49,909 nt of DNA from Proteromonas lacertae (lineage: Eukaryota): the NCBI GenBank assembly GCA_002245135.1, contig NGBS01000923.1, positions 1-49,909 on the forward strand, read 5' to 3'. A program made the position numbers and the translations under genes. Shown here piece by piece: positions 8,601 through 19,580 of this stretch; position 1 is the first letter of the stretch; each line of letters opens with the position of its first letter. The notes under the pieces were generated by a model. That model was not told the origin of the DNA, did no database searches, and was given only the letters and a program-made list of their open reading frames with translations.

Positions 8601-10641
8601 CAGTAAAATGGTCATGGTGTCTTGTTCGCCTTCTATTTCTGTCGTTTTCATTGAAGGGTGTATTGCACCACATACATTTATCGATATTTTTATGAGCTGG
8701 AATATAAGTGCTTTCATCTAATGGTTTCAATTCACCACTTTTATAATCTTCATACTTCTTCAATACATAATCTTGAATCTCAACAAACTTCTTTACTAGT
8801 TGCATCTCCAAATCTTGTGGATCTTGCTGCAATTCCAGTTTTCCGAAGAATGTTTCTTCGCTGATGATTTCAGGGTACCTGGAACTTAAGTGAATGCACC
8901 AACTGCTGAGAATATGTTTTTTAAACGCTCCTTTGGCTCCAGGTATTACTTCAGAAGGATCTATTGGTACTTGTATAACTTCTGTATCCCAGTATAATAC
9001 TACAGGAATCATTTGTTGGTATTTGAAATTATGAAACTTGATGAAAGTATCTGGAGGTGGAAATTGACGAATGATTCCTTTTTGTAATTGACAATTCTCT
9101 TTCTGATGTTGAATTATCATATCAGCTGTTGATAAAGTACAGAAACAATACTGGCATCTGGTATAATAATTATGACACCTTTTACCAGAAGGTGATAGGA
9201 AGGCTTCTAATTTTGTTATTACCATATAATGATCTTTGTATATTAGCAAGTTCACATGAGGCCAGTGTTTTCTTTTATCTATGTTGGTAACGTATAAAGG
9301 TATTGGTTCATTCTGGTCTATTGTAAATATATTGATAGTAATATGATTCAGCTGTTCAAACTCATCAATTCTGTCGCTATCATTAATTGCATCTACTGGA
9401 AACCTTAAACTACTTACATCCATTAAGTCTACATACTGTTTGTATTTCATTGCTCTGTTACGGTGGTCTTTGAACTCTACATAGTGTAAACCAGCTGCCA
9501 CGCTAAATAAAAAGCACATATTCTTACATTCTTCACTATATCTTACCAAATTAATAACGCACTTTCTATTGTTGAGGCTTGCTGGTAACTTTATGTTGTC
9601 ATCTTCTGTAGATGATCCAGCAGCCATTGAACTTTTCATCAGTATCATCTCTACTTTCTTAATATATCTGAACTTTAGTTCAGATCTTTCAGTGTTGAAA
9701 ATTGAACCTAAATCTCGAATCATGGCATTGTTTAACTTTGAACCAATTGTACCTAACTCTTGAGAAGTTATAATTTCTGGTGCTGTTTCGAATGTTTTGT
9801 AACAACTTACTTGTGCATTGGCTGGTTCATCGGATCCTATATAACCTACTCTGAATCTGAAATAAACTTTTATATAAGAAAATTTCTTCTCATTTATGTA
9901 GTTACGTATGGTAACCATAAAATCACTTGATGCATTGCAGATTTGGGTAAACAAATCCTCAGGTTTCTTTCCATCTTCTTCATTTATAATCTTCTCGTAG
10001 GTACGTTCGTAGTCTCTACTACTTCTCTCTACAAGTTGTAACAAACTTACTCTTTCAGGATGTGACATTGTTTTCAACTGCTCTGGATGATTATCAACAA
10101 CATCCAGAGCAATCATTTCTTCCTGTAGCTGCCTTCTTCTTTCAACATCTGTAGTTGATTGAGGATGTATTTCAGGAATTGGTCCATCATTAATTGGTGA
10201 AAGTGTTGGTGGATCTTCAGGAGGAGGTGTATCTGGCAATAAATCATCTGGGATTTCTGCTAATCGCTGTATTTTTGGAGGTGGAGGAGGTGGTTGATCA
10301 ATTACAATTGAAGATGTTGTTCTTCTTCTTGGTGTTATGAAACTAGTTCCATTAGTACTTCTAGTAGTGTTTGATTGTTGTTGTTGTTGTTGTTGTTGCT
10401 GCTGCTGCTGCTGAGGTTGTTGTGGATGTTGATTTAATGATCCTACATAATATGGTGGAGGATAGTAATAGGATGGTGGTGGTGGGATAGCTGGAGTAAA
10501 ATAAGGGTTCATCCAGGGATTAAAATAACTTTGTGGCAACATTGGAATCTGATTTGCTTGACTATTGCCTTGAATAGGCATAGAAGTACTTGGAGACTGG
10601 TAATACCATGGATTAAACCAAGGAGGATAGCTGGGATACAT
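5674..10641 (-). CDS. polB: Protein-primed family B DNA polymerase (pPolB) with N-terminal accessory domains
   Basis: ExoI LYWDTE, ExoII AHNSKNYD, ExoIII YLAIDV, Pol motifs YVDYNSLYPS, KLILNSAYGK and MTDTDSF, plus KGHFPYEY and the EndoVII-like HHDHFTGKYIATLCSNCN. Confidence 0.97.
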   Translation of the reverse strand: MYPSYPPWFNPWYYQSPSTSMPIQGNSQANQIPMLPQSYFNPWMNPYFTPAIPPPPSYYYPPPYYVGSLNQHPQQPQQQQQQQQQQQQQSNTTRSTNGTSFITPRRRTTSSIVIDQPPPPPPKIQRLAEIPDDLLPDTPPPEDPPTLSPINDGPIPEIHPQSTTDVERRRQLQEEMIALDVVDNHPEQLKTMSHPERVSLLQLVERSSRDYERTYEKIINEEDGKKPEDLFTQICNASSDFMVTIRNYINEKKFSYIKVYFRFRVGYIGSDEPANAQVSCYKTFETAPEIITSQELGTIGSKLNNAMIRDLGSIFNTERSELKFRYIKKVEMILMKSSMAAGSSTEDDNIKLPASLNNRKCVINLVRYSEECKNMCFLFSVAAGLHYVEFKDHRNRAMKYKQYVDLMDVSSLRFPVDAINDSDRIDEFEQLNHITINIFTIDQNEPIPLYVTNIDKRKHWPHVNLLIYKDHYMVITKLEAFLSPSGKRCHNYYTRCQYCFCTLSTADMIIQHQKENCQLQKGIIRQFPPPDTFIKFHNFKYQQMIPVVLYWDTEVIQVPIDPSEVIPGAKGAFKKHILSSWCIHLSSRYPEIISEETFFGKLELQQDPQDLEMQLVKKFVEIQDYVLKKYEDYKSGELKPLDESTYIPAHKNIDKCMWCNTPFNENDRNRRRTRHHDHFTGKYIATLCSNCNWHCSLQHMPIPCLAHNSKNYDNNFIIRGLSKLDKEMEAKWYNDNNIPIPNDDDDDDDEDNEIIQLPIPEPEPEPEPIADRLAEYNRGIEEEKKQEQEAKTVDNDEEDAETEEDTDSDLPLPEIPPNAIEIVDENDPANEEAFNELYYMLHSRDHYISPRTAEDIGLEEEMGNIIVSQPNSTTTTEQQQQQQPTPRKKKYHSKLSVLLKTDNKFLLIKFMKLHFIDSCQFMPASLDSLVKSLKVEADAHANHKVLFKPVYQYVTQTKEINDCLKERNWTVDDFIAKWGLQKGHFPYEYVDSIQKLYLTDKLPRKEDFKSQLKQNEGISDYDYESSQALWTLLKCKNLMDYNMFYLAIDVLTLSSVFDHFRNVVFRTFTLDPCWHVSCPGLAWSIFLKKSKVDIELISDQDKYDFMRKGLIGGISMIGSTRKAEAKNHYMDPPYFSDHTSHPPKQETYIMYVDYNSLYPSTMASMKLPYKDFQWEPNPQLIYDNVITKLKPYEDLKRSFMVEDQKLWKDPESRGYILEVDIEPPDNTNGKFSEYPLFPERKIILYEDLSPTQKQWARELGLVAVNKKSGKEVLKNNTARIICDLSNKYHYVVHYQYLNYAVKLGYKVTKVWRVISFCETDYAYEFVMQCHLLRKDAKKFHRDAEADTFKLILNSAYGKTCENTENRCRSRLVNNEDQFLKCVSNPYFTGFVSIDGCDLRVCKFKKYKCAIDKPSYIGMSILCQSKYLMAKFWYGQLYQKYKQGLRLLMTDTDSFIFMVWTDDIYKDIANDLSLQGCMDTGNINCDYLKERGIRYQNYQRTGELNLLKMEENKSDQLYTITKFCGLKAKMYAYEKQRVDGFTHLKVSDSRAKGVTKGFRIKTCDYDYYKNILESKELSKVYVNQYSFRSAKQVVYTVKQPKLAFTIFDIKRFYLNVLTSIPYTISRPPPPMFTDIVDNNNNNNNNNVINIDENSIN

Positions 10642-10836
10642 TAAAACCTATAAAACGAGAAAGATATAAATATACCCAATAAAATAACTCCAAATGTATT
10701 AATATGATTTGCTAATTGAAATTCCTTGATAATTAAGGAGTTGTAATAATATAGTTAAAATTTTTTCTTTGATTATCAAAGAAATAATTAACTTTACTTT
10801 TAATTTATTGTTTTTTTGATTTTTTACTATATTAAA

Positions 10837-11250
10837 ATGCGTCATTTTGTTTATCAGAGAGATATAACAATGGTTCAAGAAGAAATACCATTTTGGATCA
10901 AAGTTTTTAATAGCATTAGAGAATTAGCATTAAATGGATATACAGAAGTTCATTTCTTATATTATTTAGAAGAGAGCATAGCTAATCTAGCAAAGTTAAA
11001 AGCTATACTAGACAAAGTTAAGCATTATTATACTAATCAGTATGCAACGAAAAAAAGATTGGAAATTATCACATATTTAGATAATATTAGAAAAGATGGT
11101 AATAGATTTAAGAAAGAATTAATTGAGAATAATCAATTATTTATTGATAACAAATTAGATTACGCAGTTAATGGATTACTATCTTTATTATGTGATGCTT
11201 TAGCAGCTAGAGTGAAAATGGATGCAGATATCAAAAAAAGAAGTAAGTAA
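10837..11250 (+). CDS. Hypothetical terminal viral ORF (~137 aa, helical)
   Basis: ATG at 10837 within the track ORF 10816-11250. Divergent from pPolB and followed by the terminal repeat. Confidence 0.6.
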   Translation: MRHFVYQRDITMVQEEIPFWIKVFNSIRELALNGYTEVHFLYYLEESIANLAKLKAILDKVKHYYTNQYATKKRLEIITYLDNIRKDGNRFKKELIENNQLFIDNKLDYAVNGLLSLLCDALAARVKMDADIKKRSK

Positions 11251-11341
11251 ATATGAATTTATCTAATTATGATTAAATAATTATATATTTTAAATACTAA
11301 TACAGAGATTAATTAAAATAAAAAGAAGACTGTGTGTTTTT

Positions 11342-11856
11342 AAGGGTTTATTTAAAATAACATAAAAAATCCATAACCGATTCTTCTTACCCTTTCTTTT
11401 TTTTCACTTCCTTACTTAGGGAAAGTGAAGTCGATCACTTTTCTCTAGGTAAATAAGTGAAAAAAAGAAAGGGAAAGGAAAATCGATTATGAAATCCGCA
11501 TTTCAAAAACTAAATGAGTAAAAGAAAAGGGAAAGTGAAAACAAGGGAAAGTGAAAACGAGTCTTAGGTGGTGTATATGGCCTTCCTAAGGTTTATATCA
11601 GTCTCTATAACATAATTGAACAAATGTTTACAACGGACGGCAGTTACACCGTCAGTTACACGTCAGTTATGTAACTGACATGTAACGGATTCATAACGGC
11701 TGTTAAAACCGTTGTACAAATGAACGGTTATTGAATAAAATGAAAAATAAGAAAAATGAAACGAATATATGAATTTTAGCCTCGGGTCCAGCGTCAAGCC
11801 TCGTGGTCTAGCGTCAAGCCATTTTGGGTCTGTAGCCCTTAATATATATTATTATC
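11342..11856. repeat. Putative terminal (TIR) region of element 1
   Basis: Near-identical to 20535-21015. Contains a 120-nt hairpin, GTCAGTTACA repeats (~11635-11680) and ~20-bp tandem AGCCTCG(T)GGTC(C/T)AGCGTCA units (11778-11816). Confidence 0.8.
11372..11491. other. Long imperfect hairpin (~57-bp arms)
   Basis: CATAACCGATT...GGAAAGTGA / loop AGTCGA / TCACTTTTC...AATCGATTATG. Second copy at 20566-20686. Confidence 0.85.
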
Positions 11857-11933
11857 AAATATTTAAATTTAACAGAAGATAATACATCGAATACTTTAAT
11901 CTGAATAAATTACTATCTAATTTCATTTCAAAC

Positions 11934-14837
11934 ATGTTTAATACCAGTAGAAGCGAAATCTCTTTATTATCGCCAAGGTATAGTTATATGAAATGATTAT
12001 AATTAAATAAAAATAGTTCTACAAGATCTTTTAAAAGTAGTAGAGGTAGATCATCTTCAAAAGGAAGAAGTCCTGTTAAATCGTATTTATATTATTGTTT
12101 TATTATAATTAGAAGTACAAATAAAGTGGTTCAATACACAGAAAATGATATAGAACGGATTAAAGAGAAATTAGAGATAAATGTTCAGTTATATCCTCAT
12201 TATCCAGGTTGTAGAGTCATTAATATGTGTTTTGAAGAAATTTCTAAAGAATCAATAGGTAATGACAATATTGACAAAATCTACTTGAAGTTACAGAGAT
12301 TAGGACAAGATTTCGATAAATATATAGATGTATATAATAAACAAAGAAGTGAATGTATATCAGCGTTGGAAGATTTAGTGTATAGAAGAAGAAAACTATA
12401 TTTTAATAGATTAACATATAAACAGAAGATAGAGAAATTTCCATACTTGGATACAAATCAAAACGATTTATTACTATCACAAATACAAAGATTAACAAAA
12501 GATCCAGTATCTCAAACACCAATAAGTGAATATAATACATCAATAAATAAATTATCAATTGCAATTGGAAAATTAAAGTATGAATTCTATTTTTCGTTTA
12601 TTTTTTTTGTTTATTAGACCATTACCTGAACCAAAAGCTCCAACCAATCCAATAACAAATGATCAAGCAATGAATTTACAATACTTAGAAAATCAATTAA
12701 TAGATTATATGTACCAATATCCTCATTATGAAGATATACCACGAATAGAGAGTTATATTGAAGAAGTAAAGAATTTGAATATTGGTACTGATTTATATGG
12801 TTCAATATATAATCAATTAAATCAATATTATCATCGATTTGAGAAATATGTTGAAAGATATTTACAAGATAGAAAACAGTTGATTATTCATTTACAATCA
12901 TTATTGTATATATATATATATTATTATTAAATTTATAGAAGGAAATATCATAGTAGATTTCATTATTATCATTTAACTCCTAATAAATCATATACTGAGA
13001 AGATATTAAGAATAGAAAACCTAATACATGATACTTCAATCAATTCACCAATAACAGATTATCAAAATGCAATTCAGGAAATAACTGAAATGATTCTTTC
13101 AATGTCACCATCTAAAGCAGATCCTGTTACTCCAAAAGATATATTTGAAAAGACTGGAGTAATGATGTCAATGAATTCTTCATTTTCACCGTATTTAATA
13201 ACTGTTTTTATATTCATATATTGTATATAGAAGTTTGACTAAAGTGAAAGAAGATAAATTAGTGGAATTAAAATCAAAACTATCTGATTTTATGCTGAGA
13301 TATCCTCATTATCCAAATGTTAATTCAATTATATCTTATATATCGTTATTATCATCAAATGTTATACCAAATCAAGAATATGATTCTATATATAGAAATT
13401 TAGAAAGTCTAATTCAAGAATATAGAGTATAGATTGTATTTTTTTTAAACAATTAGATATATATTCACAATTATATTGAAGTAAAAACAGCCAAAATTGC
13501 TGAATTAAAATCTCTTTTAAGTGATTATAATGATAAAATTAGAAAGACTCATACAAATCCTTCTGTTCATCAATCTCTCATTGATGATGTATTGTTATTA
13601 ATTCACAATGACACTATCAATTATTCTATTGAGAATTATAATCATGTTATATCTAAAATAATGACTGTTAATAACACATTAGATTCAAATATACCTGAAT
13701 CAGAGAGATTTATACATGAAAGACAAATATCATATGTATTTATGTTCATTTATATTTATTATTATGTTTAGAGTCGTTATAATGATTTTAGAAAACCATT
13801 AGAAATGGCAGATAATCCATTTGGTAAATTATCAACAAAGTTTTCTAATAGAATGGATCCTACTCATGTTGTGTATAATAATAATAATATAAATTATTGT
13901 TTTTATTAAAATCTAATTGAATAGTATAACTACAAATAATAATAAACAATTGCAAAGAAGCCACAGTTTTTCAACATCAACATCAATATCATCAACAACA
14001 AAATCTCCAATCAAAATACAAAGATCTGAGAATGGTAAACCAATAAAAATGGAAGAAGAGTATAAATCTGAATTAACTCCAAATACATCATTAAACTCAA
14101 TACAAAAGAAGAAATATGAAAATCCAGTATTAAAAGATAAACTTGTAAATGAACTAAAACAGAAATTATTCTTTATTCACGATATAACTGATACTAATAG
14201 GAAATTATACAATCGATTAAGAATACCAACATCAGTATTCAATCCACAAACACTCTATTTAATTCGTGGTACAAATCTATATGGCAAAACAATAAAAGAA
14301 TTAAGAGAAAGAATAAGAGGAGCTGATGATATTATTGAACAAATAAAGAAAATAAAAGTCACTCCACCTGAAGGAGATAGTAAAAAACAATCAAATATAT
14401 TTTCACCAATTATGAATAACAGTAGTAGAAAATCATTGAAAACTTCACCATCTAATAAAGACAGTAATAATAATATTAGTCTATTATCCAAAAGAAAAAA
14501 TACATCACCCACTGTAACTCTTAAGACTGAAGATTTACTTCAAGAAAAACAAGATAATGAAATAAATGAAAGTGAATTAAAACCATCCAATATGTTTGGT
14601 ACTATTCCTGAACTTAGTGATAGAGATAAATTAATAAAACAATGCAGACAAAACTTAGCGTATATTCATTCAATGACAGATTCAGATTCACGATTATATA
14701 ATAGATTGGCTATACCATATTTAATAATTAGTAAAATTACAGCCAAAGTAATAAGAGGAAGAACTTTAGAGAATCAAACAAATATGAAATTGAATGATAT
14801 ATACTATGATACATTTGATGTTATTAAACAGATATTA

Positions 14838-14874
<37 letters not shown>

Positions 14875-16010
14875 ATATTATTATAATTAATTTATATAAA
14901 TAGACAGTTGAATTGGATGTAAAAGTTCCTGCAACACATACAAATGAACAAAGAGTGCATGAATATTTATTACATAAAATATACACAAATCTGTATAGTT
15001 TTAATCTTTATATATTTGATTAGACAATATGCTCACAAACATATAGATAATAATCCAGTTTTATTCCAGCAAATAATCATACCTTATCACTTAGTAAACT
15101 TGTCAAATGGAACACTAAGACCAGCAAGTGGTTTAGAAAAAGAATTAAATGAGAAATTAAAAAGACTTTACAATTCCACAATTGATGTAATGAATCAAGT
15201 TATTACTCATATTATGATTCCAAGAATAAACAATCCATCAGTAAAATTAGATAATAATGATAATAACAATAACAATACAAGAACTACATCAAAGAGAGAT
15301 TCAATTGTAAATGTTACAACTCCAGTTCAATCATTAAGTCAGCAACTGTATATTATAATATTTATCATAATAACTATATATATATAGAGTTGAATTAGGT
15401 CAAGTTAAATATAAAGATGATAAATTATATTATCAATTAGATATTCCACCAATATTAATACATCCAATATCAAAAGAGATTTGGTCATTTTTACCAGCAC
15501 AATATAATACTCCTGAAAGAATAAATGAAATGCAAAGAGCTGTGAATTATGTAAATAGACAAATAAAAGTATAAAGTATTTTGTTGTTATTATTTAATTA
15601 GAGATTAAAACCAACTATTGATCCAAGAATAATCAAAGATAATATTCAAAGACAACAAGATAATTCTGACATTCATCAAATACAACCATTACCATATGGG
15701 TTTGATGATTATGCTTCTCATCCAGATGTATTTATTGTTTTATATATTATCCTTTAAATAGTATAATCCTAAGGAAGTAGAAGAGTTAATGAAACAATTG
15801 AAAGAAAAATTATCATTCATTCATACTTTAAGAAAAGTAAATCCATCAATTTTCAATAATATCAAACTGCCTCAAGCTTTGGTTAAAAATGACTGTGATC
15901 TAATACAAGAAACAGATTTAGAGACATTCCCTGTGAGTTATTTGAGATTGTTAAAAGAGAATCTGGAAAGTATTATCAAGCAACTATCAGATTTAAAAAT
16001 TTCAAATTAA
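11934..16010 (+). CDS. Multi-exon host gene of unknown function with tandem YPHYP-type repeats followed by LKxKLxFIH...RLxIP repeats
   Basis: ATG 11934 and successive ORFs separated by short GTAT...TAG introns. YPHYP-like motif at ~12190, ~12718 and ~13300; second repeat type at ~14150, ~14630, ~15020 and ~15790. Confidence 0.75.
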
Positions 16011-16126
16011 TTATTCTTATTTTCATGTTAAATGTTGTGTTTCTTTCAAATAGCCCAATATAGAAATATGTATTAACAGCATAATATATAATCAAAATAT
16101 ACACATACAAACATTCTAATTATATC

Positions 16127-16663
16127 TCAAGGTACTAAAGTCTGTATTCCTATTTCTGCTATTTTTGTTTCTAAACGAGGAAGAAGAGGGAATGCTGCTT
16201 GTAGATCTTGTACAATATTATTCGTTTGACTTGCAAATTTCTGAAACAAGCTATAATTGTCGTTGAACCTTCCTGATAGTATCTATTTCATTATAAAGTG
16301 TTATTATAAATAGAATACATTTCCTCTTATCTCTGTAAGCAGTTTTGAATTATCTTGTATAGCAGTGTGATAATGATTTAATGTTTCACTCTCTTCGATT
16401 GATATATTTGGTACTTGTGACTAACAACTAGATGTAGCGAATATACCTTTAATTCACATATCTTGATGACTATTTCTCTGATCGATCTTCCTGGTAATTC
16501 TTTAGAAAGATTAACATATTTCATAGGATCTCCTAACATCTGAAAATGCTCACTACTACATAATGACAAAATCATACGTTTTTAAAGCATTCAATAACAT
16601 ATTTATTTCACTTTCATTCCAAGGTGCAGGAGTCTTTACGTCTAATGCTATATTAATACTCAT
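16127..16663 (-). CDS. Small Myb/SANT-like, DUF3755-like protein (spliced)
   Basis: PAPWNESEINMLLNAL, KYVNLSKELPGRSIREIV and a C-terminal NISLFQKF...PLLPRL. TGA stop at 16127-16129. Confidence 0.6.
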
Positions 16664-16726
16664 ATCCTGTAATTTTTTAATAAAATCAAATACACCTCAA
16701 GCCAATAATCAAGCTTATAAGAAGAA

Positions 16727-19580
16727 ATGAGTAAATCTGAGTTTGACGTTGTTCTTTCAGCAATCGATAAGAATTTTTGTGATACAACAGCAGAAAATTA
16801 CAATAGTGCCGAAGTTATTGAGTATATATATTTTTTATCATGATTTAGATATTTCAACAAGACATTCGCAATTGATCCAGAAAAAGAAGCAAATTTGGAT
16901 TTTTTAAGTAATGTTCACACTTTATGTAAAGAAAGTCAAAAAGAAATTGAAGATATTAAGGAAAGGATGAATAAATTGGTTGAAGAATCTCGTAATTCAA
17001 TATCTGAATTTGTAAATAGTGATAATATGTCAAATTTACTCAAAGATTCATCGTTATTGAAATATCCTTTTAGATTTACTTTATTTAGTTAATCTTAATT
17101 GCTATTCACTGAAACTATAAATCAGCTAGAAGATATTAATAAGGAATGCTCTCCAATTTTATCAATTTCTACAAATATATCAAAATTTAAGAAATTGTTT
17201 CTATGTAATGAGTATATGGAATCAACCATTCAGATTGATAAAAGAACAAATGAATTGAGAAATCTCTTATTAGATCCAAAGCCTGATATTAATGCTATTA
17301 CACATTTATATGAAGATATAATAGCATTCATAAACTCAACAAAATGTCAATCATTACAAAATACAACTGTTATTGTATGATTTTATATATTATTCAAATA
17401 ATTTATGTATAGGTTGAGATAAATAATAGAATAAAATTACTTACAAATGCAATCATTGAATTGTATTCAAATGCATTATCCGATGCATTAAAGAAATATC
17501 TTTTTTTTCTAAATTTTATTGTGATTTAGTCGCTTAATTCTATTTCACAATTGATTATCCAATGGTTATTTCATATAAATCAATCGATTTGAAATCTATA
17601 CCAGATTTTGAAATGATATTCAAAGAAATGATAACAGTAGAAAATTCAAAGTATTATGAAATAGAATATGATATTCCACCATCATTTAGAGTATATATTT
17701 TCAAATATATATAAAAACAATAGATTTTCACTAATCCAATAAAGATAAGATTCGAATATAACTTTAGAGGAAATAAAGAAAGTAACAATATAGCAAGACC
17801 AGAGTGGTTTTTAGAATATATAACAACAGTAATCAAAGATTCAGAAGATTTAATTGTATCACAAATTCAACCATTTTATTCACATTTATCATTTGATTGC
17901 TTTGTATATTATTTTAACTAATTCATTATTATTATTATTATTTTGTAATAGAAATCATTTATTGACATATTGTATGTATTATATGAGAATAAAATAAACT
18001 CAATTTATGATGATGATAATGCATCTTCAGCTATAATATGTCACTTAGTTGAAGAGATAATAGACCATGATAAGTATATTAAACAAACATTTAATTATTA
18101 TAATAAAGAATTGATTGATGTAGCTTTGAATGATAAAGTATATATTATTTTATATATAATATACTCAATTAGAACAAGAGTATAAGTTTTAAATCAATTA
18201 AAGAGGTTGTTATTGATTTATTACAGAAGAAATTTGATGATCCAACCATATATAGTATGGATAAAAATACAAAAACAAATAAAAACAGTAAAAAAGAAGT
18301 GGTGAATATATCTCCAAATCCAGTTCCAGCTAATTCTTCGCTTGTTTATTTATCATTGTTAAATACACTTTCATTAATATTATCAAATTGTAAGAATAAT
18401 AAAATAGAGTTTTATAAAACTGTTATATATGCATATTTTCAAGAGTTTATAAATATAATACAGAAATATACTCTCAAACAATTACATTTTTACAGACATT
18501 CTGAAGATAGTTCAAGCTTTTTACCACATGTGTTAAATGTAATTAGTGGCTTATCATATATTCAATATAAACTTGTGTTATTATCTGATAATCCTATTTA
18601 TTTAGAACTATCAACGGAAATGGATGAAAATGTATATTTTTATTATTATAATAATTGTATAGCATATACCAGTAACAGATGAATTTGATGATATTGATAA
18701 ATCATCTAGAAATGAGAATGAACAAAAATCTTCATACTTCAATTCACTCTACTCAATATTACATAAAAACTCAAGTAAAGAAATAATAAAAAGAAAATTG
18801 CCTGTATTTATAATAATAATAATATTGATTTAAATTTATGATTATTATATAGACAAGTTATATAGAAAGTGAGTATGGTTTTTTTTACAGAGAATACTCA
18901 ATAATAGAAAGAATGAAATCTAATATTATTGAAGATATAATGAAACAAATGGACAGAAATATCTCAAATTCATTTTACAGTTATAAGAATAGATCAAGAC
19001 AGTTTAATTCATTAAGAAGTATTGATATACTTCCAGTAAGTGTTGAGTTTGTAGAAGGGTTATTATATATTAAGAATGTTATTAAGAAACTACAAGAATA
19101 TAGCTATAAAATGTTATATGAAAAACTATTAAAAATGATTGGTGATATTTTAGAAATAATAATATATAACATTGCTGTAGAATATAATTCTTTCAATATT
19201 GTATATGTTAATGCATATTTATTGATATAGAATGGAGGAAATCAATTTTCTAATGATGTTTCCAGTCTTATTGGGTTATTTCCAGATAATATTTACAAAT
19301 TTGAAGTATAGAATTTATTAATTTATTCTCCATATTATTAGAAATTGAAAGAAATTTGTATTATACTCAAACTTAAACCAAATAAGTTAAAACAATTATT
19401 GAAGACATTTGAAGATTTAGATCTGAAAGAAACAACCAAAGAGAATGATCCAATTTTCATTCAATTGAAAGATATTTTAGTATATATTAGATTAATACTC
19501 ATTTTATATAGTCTACATTTAATATAAATTATACCACACCAATAGAAGTATATCATTTAATTAATAAGAGAGAAGATTAA
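16727..19580 (+). CDS. RINT1: RINT1/TIP20 family tethering factor (multi-exon)
   Basis: Exon near 17725-17900 reads PIKIRFEYNFRGNKESNNIARPEWFL, matching the family RFxYHF...TNxxxKPEW motif. Last exon ends KRED* at 19580. Confidence 0.8.

Larger units (their letters stand above)
1..11856. mobile_element. Integrated Polinton/Maverick-like DNA virus (element 1), right portion; continues past the window start
   Basis: Tightly packed ORFs for pPolB, rve integrase and adenain-like protease. Ends in a structured non-coding segment that recurs at 20535-21015. The right boundary is inferred from where the two copies stop aligning. Confidence 0.9.

Noticed and set aside
6422..9763. Small plus-strand ORFs inside pPolB, and similar ones within 568-3438 and the ABCG gene
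   Set aside because: Antisense shadows of long coding frames.
11630..11820. CRISPR-like array in the short GC-rich repeats
   Set aside because: Only 2-4 short units, no unique regular spacers, eukaryotic context and no cas genes.
11340..11842. Kolobok/piggyBac-like element bounded by TTAA
   Set aside because: The second copy lacks the left TTAA, there is no TIR beyond GGG/CCC, and homology runs past the right TTAA.
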